Assembly: GCA_965223295.1 (NCBI GenBank) | Contig: CBDCWC010000002.1 | Location: 1,024,001 to 1,088,000 of the forward strand | DNA: 64,000 bases | From: Nitrospirales bacterium | Lineage (GTDB): Bacteria > Nitrospirota > Nitrospiria > Nitrospirales > UBA8639 | Direction of reading: 5' to 3' | In this document: positions 58,741-64,000 of the stretch, piece by piece | Position numbering within the stretch: the first letter of the stretch is position 1 | Layout of the letters: each line of letters begins with the position of its first letter | Notes under the pieces: generated by a model | Seen by the model: only the letters and a program-made list of their open reading frames with translations | Database searches by the model: none | Told to the model about the DNA's origin: nothing | Translations under genes and position numbers: made by a program

Positions 58741-59874
58741 TCACGTCACAGGCGACCAATCAGGCATTGCTGTTGCAACAGTCTCCAAAACATCTTCCAC
58801 AGTGATTTGGCACAAGTACTCATAGTCTTTTTGATAGTCAACCTTGTCCCAATAGGCATCTTCTTTTGAGCCTTTCGAAACCATCATGGCATATTTCCCC
58901 CAAGGAGCATATTGTACCGTATCAGCCGCACCATAAATTCCTAGCACTGTAGGTTTAGGGAGGGCCGAGGCCAGATGCATAGGTCCGGTCACGTTCGAAA
59001 TGACTAAATCCAATTCAGCGATGACAGCCATCGACTCTCGCAAGGATGTTTTCCCAGAGAGATTCAGGACGTTACCCTCCATCTTTTCCTCAATTGCCTG
59101 ACAAACGGAACGGTCAGCTTTCCCACCTAACAACACAATTTCGGCTTGATAGATTTTGTTCAACGCATTTCCAAGTTTCACAAATCGTTCAGCTGGCCAC
59201 ATTCGCCAAATAGATCCAGCACATGGAACCAGACCAATTCGTCGGGAGGAAATAATTTTTGCGAGAGACAGAATTGTTTTCCCTGCTTGTCTTTCCTGTT
59301 CCGTCAAAAACAATTCACAGTCCCCTGCCACGATATTCTTTTGTCTCAGTAATGCCTGGACAAGATCTAGCTTTTGCTCGACTAAATGTCTGCCATCACG
59401 CTGAATTTTTATGGGGTGATTGTAGAGAAACCCTCGCCCATGCTGCCGAAAATCTTCTCCATATCGATTCGGTGCCCCCGACAAAAATGTCAGCATCGCG
59501 CTACGGGCTCCACTAAATACATCTAAAACAATATGAAATCGCTCTCGACGTAAATCGCGAACAAGATGAACCCATTTTTTCCCACGTATCCAGTAAGGCT
59601 GCTTTTGAGAGCGCTCTCGATCAATTCGAATCCGTCGATCAATTGATGGATTATTAGACAACACCTCCGCACTCGGACCATCAACCAGAACGGCAAGATA
59701 ACCTGAAGGGTACGCCTTCTTCAAAAGAGAAATGAGTGGTGTCGTCAGGACAATATCGCCAATTGCTCGAATAGCAATAATGAGAATGCGTACAGGCGAA
59801 TCTGAACGAGGAAACTCTAAACCCCTACCTTGCTCTTGCGAATCATCATTCATTAATGACTCATCCATGACCAA
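58741..59874 (-). CDS. GT9 glycosyltransferase (heptosyltransferase family)
   Basis: RAIGDIVLTTP, MWPAERF, NLSGKTSL, TGPMHLASA. Confidence 0.9.
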   Translation of the reverse strand: MVMDESLMNDDSQEQGRGLEFPRSDSPVRILIIAIRAIGDIVLTTPLISLLKKAYPSGYLAVLVDGPSAEVLSNNPSIDRRIRIDRERSQKQPYWIRGKKWVHLVRDLRRERFHIVLDVFSGARSAMLTFLSGAPNRYGEDFRQHGRGFLYNHPIKIQRDGRHLVEQKLDLVQALLRQKNIVAGDCELFLTEQERQAGKTILSLAKIISSRRIGLVPCAGSIWRMWPAERFVKLGNALNKIYQAEIVLLGGKADRSVCQAIEEKMEGNVLNLSGKTSLRESMAVIAELDLVISNVTGPMHLASALPKPTVLGIYGAADTVQYAPWGKYAMMVSKGSKEDAYWDKVDYQKDYEYLCQITVEDVLETVATAMPDWSPVT

Positions 59875-59907
59875 TCACCTTCTGATTCGGTCCTGCATAC
59901 GAATCGC

Positions 59908-61041
59908 CTACCTTTTTGCCAACACACCTTCATACAAGCCATATAAGCCTTCCATCATGACCGTAAGAGAAAATTGCTCGGCAATCCGTTTTTTGGCCTC
60001 AACACCCATTTGCTTACGAGTTTCAGGGTTTTCGCATAGGGTAGAGAGACTCTTGCGTAAATCTTCTACATCAGCTGCCCGGACTAATAGCCCAGTTTTT
60101 TGATGGTCTACAACTTCTGGAATACCGCCGACCTTACTCGCCACTACCGGCTTACCCAAAGCCATAGCTTCAAGCAAGACAATTCCCAAGCCCTCGAGAA
60201 CCGAAGGAAGCACGAACACATCAAAGCGGGCAATAAAAAGTTCAGGATGCTCTTGAAACCCAGCGAACAGTACATGTTCAGTCAATTGCAATTGGTTAAT
60301 TTGAACATGTAACTGACGTTCATATTCCTCATCACCTGTTCCAACAATGACTAAAACGATATGAGGGAAAGCTTTCACCAAACCCTCCATGGCCTGCACG
60401 AGATACCCTAACCCTTTTCTGGGGAAAAGATTGGCGACAGTTCCAATCACAGGAGTTCCTTGTATGTTCTTGAGGATAGCTGAGGTCTCCGGCGAGGGTG
60501 AGGACAGTGCTCTCTTTTTTACCGGGATACCACTCCACAAGACGTGAATGTGCTCTGATGACACACCAGCTTTCCTAAGGACATCTCCAATGCTGTGAGA
60601 AACAGGAACAATAGGATCTCCCCTGTTCAACCAATATTGTGAAATTTTTCGTCGCTCAATTTCCTGTCGAACATGAACGAGACAAGGACGACCCGTCAAA
60701 CGTCCAGCAATAATCCCAAGCGGTGCCCACCAATAATCATTCACATGCAGGACATCAATATGCCATCGTCGAACAATATTGATGAGTCGAATGATAGCGA
60801 GGGGCCGCCAAAATATATGAAGAAGTTTCCTCCATGCTGGCAAAGTGATAGACGCATATGGAATGTTCAACTTCTCTAATTCAGCAAGTAAAGGCCCGTT
60901 ATCTGGACACACCATATAAGGATGGATTCGGGTTCGATCTAAAAATTGCAACCAGGTCAACAGCTCTCGTTCCGCACCTCCAATTTGGGATACACCATGC
61001 ACATACAGGACATTCACAATTTCACAAAACCTTGAAACCAT
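59908..61041 (-). CDS. GT4 glycosyltransferase
   Basis: GGAER, RKG, FVLPSVLEGLGIVLLEAMALGKPVVASKVGGIPEVV. Confidence 0.92.
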   Translation of the reverse strand: MVSRFCEIVNVLYVHGVSQIGGAERELLTWLQFLDRTRIHPYMVCPDNGPLLAELEKLNIPYASITLPAWRKLLHIFWRPLAIIRLINIVRRWHIDVLHVNDYWWAPLGIIAGRLTGRPCLVHVRQEIERRKISQYWLNRGDPIVPVSHSIGDVLRKAGVSSEHIHVLWSGIPVKKRALSSPSPETSAILKNIQGTPVIGTVANLFPRKGLGYLVQAMEGLVKAFPHIVLVIVGTGDEEYERQLHVQINQLQLTEHVLFAGFQEHPELFIARFDVFVLPSVLEGLGIVLLEAMALGKPVVASKVGGIPEVVDHQKTGLLVRAADVEDLRKSLSTLCENPETRKQMGVEAKKRIAEQFSLTVMMEGLYGLYEGVLAKR

Positions 61042-61134
61042 TAAGTTGTGAGATGGGATATTTCATTGAAAGCTTGAAGACAGCAAACCCACACATCAGA
61101 TGAAAGGCCAACGAAAGAATGCCTCTATTTTCCA

Positions 61135-61947
61135 TTATTCAGAATCGTGACCAGAACGATCGGCCCGCTCCCACAATTTGGCATATTTGCCAAATGTATA
61201 GAAGCTTGAAAAACCGCTAGCAATCAAGCCATGAATGCCATCTCTATATCCTTTTCGAACCAGGTAATATTTAAGGAATGTAAACAGAGGACGACCAATC
61301 AAATCCAGATTGGTGGCATTCGCTTTCTGCTTTTGACGTTCCTTGGCCGCACGTGTCGTAAACGCATTCTGTTTCTGAACATGTTTTGTCACAGTGGGAA
61401 AGGTCAAATGCTCCATCGGATGACGACAATAACCCACAGATCCCGAGAGATGAAACCGGGGATGAACTTCTACTTCGCCATACGTTCCCGCGCCCTTTTT
61501 GAACAACCGCAATTGATAATCTGGATAACACCCTCCACCTTGAACCCATTTCCCATAGTAGTAATTTTTTCGAGGAATAAAGTATCCTGCATAGGCTGAA
61601 GAATCAGAAGCAACTAATACTGATTCAATTTCCTCTCGTAAATCAGGCAATATTCGTTCATCCGCATCCAACAAGAACACCCAATCACATTGGGCCTGTT
61701 GGATTGCAAAATTTTTCTGATCGGGCATTCCTGTCCATTTTCGAAAAAGAACCTGGGAAGTGTATTGCCTGCAAATCGCAACCGTTTCATCTTGACTATA
61801 TGCATCAACAACAATGACCTCATCCATCCACTGTACAGACTTCAGTGCGCCTTGAATATTATGTTCTTCATTTAGCGTAACCATCACACATGAAATCGTT
61901 TGTCGAATTTCTCCATCACGGCTGTTCAATTCAACCCTCACTACCAA
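61135..61947 (-). CDS. GT2 beta-1,4-glucosyltransferase (WaaE/KdtX-like)
   Basis: NEEHNI, VVDAYSQD, WVFLLDADE, YPDYQLRLF, GYRDG. Confidence 0.9.
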   Translation of the reverse strand: MVVRVELNSRDGEIRQTISCVMVTLNEEHNIQGALKSVQWMDEVIVVDAYSQDETVAICRQYTSQVLFRKWTGMPDQKNFAIQQAQCDWVFLLDADERILPDLREEIESVLVASDSSAYAGYFIPRKNYYYGKWVQGGGCYPDYQLRLFKKGAGTYGEVEVHPRFHLSGSVGYCRHPMEHLTFPTVTKHVQKQNAFTTRAAKERQKQKANATNLDLIGRPLFTFLKYYLVRKGYRDGIHGLIASGFSSFYTFGKYAKLWERADRSGHDSE

Positions 61948-63154
61948 CTACCGAGACAGAAGTCGCCTGGAGCATTTCACCATAAAACTGCTCAACGCTA
62001 TCAAGCATCCGATCAAGACTATAGGATTGGGCAACAAGCGCTTTGGCCTCTCTTATGACTTTCTCGCGTAAGGCCACATCATTGAGAATCACCTGAATAC
62101 AATGAGTCAGCGCGTTGATATTATTCTCAGGCACTAACATCCCGGTTTTCTCGTGAATAACGACTTCAGGTATGCCGCCAATAGCCGCTGCCACAACTGG
62201 AACGCCCATTGCCATAGCTTGGGTAACTGCCTGAGGCACTCCTTCACCTGCCGTAGATGAAAGAACAAAGACATCCAGGGCAGCCAATACTTGATGAACA
62301 TCTGATCGAAAGCCAGCGAAATGAACATGTTGCTGAAGCCCTAAGGCTTCTGCTTTTTCTCGCAACCGTAGACCTTCCGGCCCCTCTCCCACTACTAAAA
62401 ACCTGACATTTGGAACGCTATGCCTTAATAAGTTGATCGCATCCAAACATAAATGAATCCCTTTATAGTCTCTGAGGAACGCGACGGTTCCAAGCACAAT
62501 AGCATCGTGGGCTAGACCAAACTCCTCCCTCAGATTTCCCCGAATGTTTGTCGCAGAATATACTTCGAGGTCAACACCAGTAGGGACAGACCGTACTTGA
62601 GCAGGATCAAGTGCTTGGCTCATGACCATATCTTTTCGAATGCGTTCTGACGTGGTCATCACTCCATGGGGTAAATGTTTGTACAACCATTGATGTCTCC
62701 ATGTCTGTGATATGGGTGTTGACTTATGCCGAGTACGAATGATGATCGGCTTCAGAGGGGACAGGCGACCGGCAAGAGAAGCGGCCCAACTATCTAATGA
62801 CCCATGGGTATTCACAATCTGAATACGATGCCGATGAATGATTCGCAAATACGTGAAGATCAAATAACTCCAGGCAAGAGTTCCCGACGGTGTTGCCTCA
62901 TAAGACAAACCTTTTTGTTCGGCCAAGAAAGTTATCTGGCTATTCCTCGGAATAGCTAAAATCGCCCTATGACCACGCTGTTCCATACCCCGCGCTTCAT
63001 TTAACACTCGATACTCTTGACCGCCTAATCCCATTGAAGATTCAGTGTGAAGAATTCGCCAGGGCTTACTGACACAACCTGAAGTTCTACACTCGGAAGA
63101 TGTCGCCATAGAGCCATTTACCGCAGAAACTTCCATCTCAGGACTGAGGCACAT
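61931..63154 (-). CDS. GT4 glycosyltransferase
   Basis: ILHTESS..GGQE, KG, EGVPQAVTQAMAMGVPVVAAAIGGIPEVV. Confidence 0.9.
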   Translation of the reverse strand: MCLSPEMEVSAVNGSMATSSECRTSGCVSKPWRILHTESSMGLGGQEYRVLNEARGMEQRGHRAILAIPRNSQITFLAEQKGLSYEATPSGTLAWSYLIFTYLRIIHRHRIQIVNTHGSLDSWAASLAGRLSPLKPIIIRTRHKSTPISQTWRHQWLYKHLPHGVMTTSERIRKDMVMSQALDPAQVRSVPTGVDLEVYSATNIRGNLREEFGLAHDAIVLGTVAFLRDYKGIHLCLDAINLLRHSVPNVRFLVVGEGPEGLRLREKAEALGLQQHVHFAGFRSDVHQVLAALDVFVLSSTAGEGVPQAVTQAMAMGVPVVAAAIGGIPEVVIHEKTGMLVPENNINALTHCIQVILNDVALREKVIREAKALVAQSYSLDRMLDSVEQFYGEMLQATSVSVVGSEG

Positions 63155-63917
63155 TCTTTTGCAGTTCCCATAATTTCGCGTATTTCACAAATGTGTAATA
63201 GGCATACAGGACTGAAAGAATAAGGCCAGGCTTTCTATCCAAAATTCCCCCACGAAATACAAACATCTTAAGAAAGGTGAACAGAGGATGAGATAAGAGT
63301 TGATGGGCATGAAAACGTCGGCCTTCTTGATTCATAACTTCTGCGCGCAACGTTGAATAGCGATCCATTTTCCGCCAATATTGATCAATATTTCGAAATG
63401 GGACTTGTTCGATAGAAGATTGGAGAACACCGGTTTTCCCAGTCACTTCAAACCCCTCATGCACTAGATCTTCTCGATAACGCATTGAGACTTTATGAAA
63501 TAATTGCGGCTGCCGATAATCAGGATACCACCCGCAGTGCTTAATCCATCGACCCAGAAAGTAATTCCGGCGTGGAACAAAATAGGCCTGTGCGAGCGGA
63601 TTTCCTGACAATAAAGACAAAATTTCTTCTTGGATTTCGGGTGTTGCCCATTCATCGGTATCCAAGCTGAAAATCCAATCATGGGTCGCATGAGTAATGG
63701 CTTGATTGCGCAACGTGCCAAATCCTTCGAACAGATAATGAAAGACTTTATCCGTATATTCCCGGCAGATCTCTGTTGTCCCATCAGTGCTATGCGAGTC
63801 AACCACGACAATCTCATCTACCCAATGTAAGCTATCTAAACACCGGCGCATATTGGGCGCATCGTTATAGGCAATGACGACCGCTGTTATTTTCTGTCTC
63901 ATATCGGGAATAGGCAT
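63138..63917 (-). CDS. GT2 beta-1,4-glucosyltransferase (WaaE/KdtX-like)
   Basis: VVDSHSTDGT, WIFSLDTDE, GWYPDY, VHEG. Confidence 0.9.
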   Translation of the reverse strand: MPIPDMRQKITAVVIAYNDAPNMRRCLDSLHWVDEIVVVDSHSTDGTTEICREYTDKVFHYLFEGFGTLRNQAITHATHDWIFSLDTDEWATPEIQEEILSLLSGNPLAQAYFVPRRNYFLGRWIKHCGWYPDYRQPQLFHKVSMRYREDLVHEGFEVTGKTGVLQSSIEQVPFRNIDQYWRKMDRYSTLRAEVMNQEGRRFHAHQLLSHPLFTFLKMFVFRGGILDRKPGLILSVLYAYYTFVKYAKLWELQKNVPQS

Positions 63918-63937
63918 GACGCTGACGTTACAACGCT

Positions 63938-64000
63938 GGGGCTGTTGAAAAAGTCACCAGCGGCGTTCTCGCCATTATTCCATGCTCACGTAAGACCAGT
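63938..64000 (-). repeat. Dispersed repeat, copy 4 (inverted, truncated by the window end)
   Basis: GGGGCTGTTGAAAAAGTCACCAGCGGCGTTCTCGCCATT.TTCC.TGCTCACGTA matches copy 3. Confidence 0.85.

Noticed and set aside
1-64000. CRISPR array, rRNA, or riboswitches (TPP before tenA, preQ1 before queC)
   Set aside because: No regularly spaced repeats or rRNA seen; tenA overlaps its upstream gene; no convincing aptamer recognised.

Overview
Bacterial chromosomal window. Gene content and repeat style suggest a Nitrospirales-like nitrite oxidiser; this is an inference, not verified. Layout: (i) 1-2.2 kb decayed accessory DNA with a dense TCTAGA cluster, small secreted-type ORFs, and a fitA/vapC toxin-antitoxin (TA) pseudogene pair split by a MITE. 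(ii) 2.4-18.8 kb housekeeping genes: pepF, cytochrome c, queC, dksA-like, apt, acyP, hemY, hemE, a two-subunit biotin carboxylase, tenA, vanZ-like. (iii) 18.9-29.9 kb type II secretion/type IV pilus-like operon, followed by coaE, trxB, thiI. (iv) 35.3-54.5 kb accessory island: higBA, an insecticidal toxin-complex (Tc/ABC)-like locus (2962-aa TcA-like gene plus a TcB-TcC/RHS fusion split by a 1-nt frameshift at a G7 run, carrying an AT-rich HExxH metalloprotease tip), two IS200/IS605-type miniature elements and an orphan DUF2442 gene. (v) tRNA-Ser(GCT) with an adjacent GIY-YIG gene. (vi) 56.5-64 kb LPS core glycosyltransferase cluster. The most novel-looking signal is a set of 28-bp 11-6-11 palindromic sites resembling single-recombinase Xer dif sites. 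Two bracket higBA and a degenerate third lies beyond the Tc locus, suggesting an integrase-less, dif-module-like toxin island.
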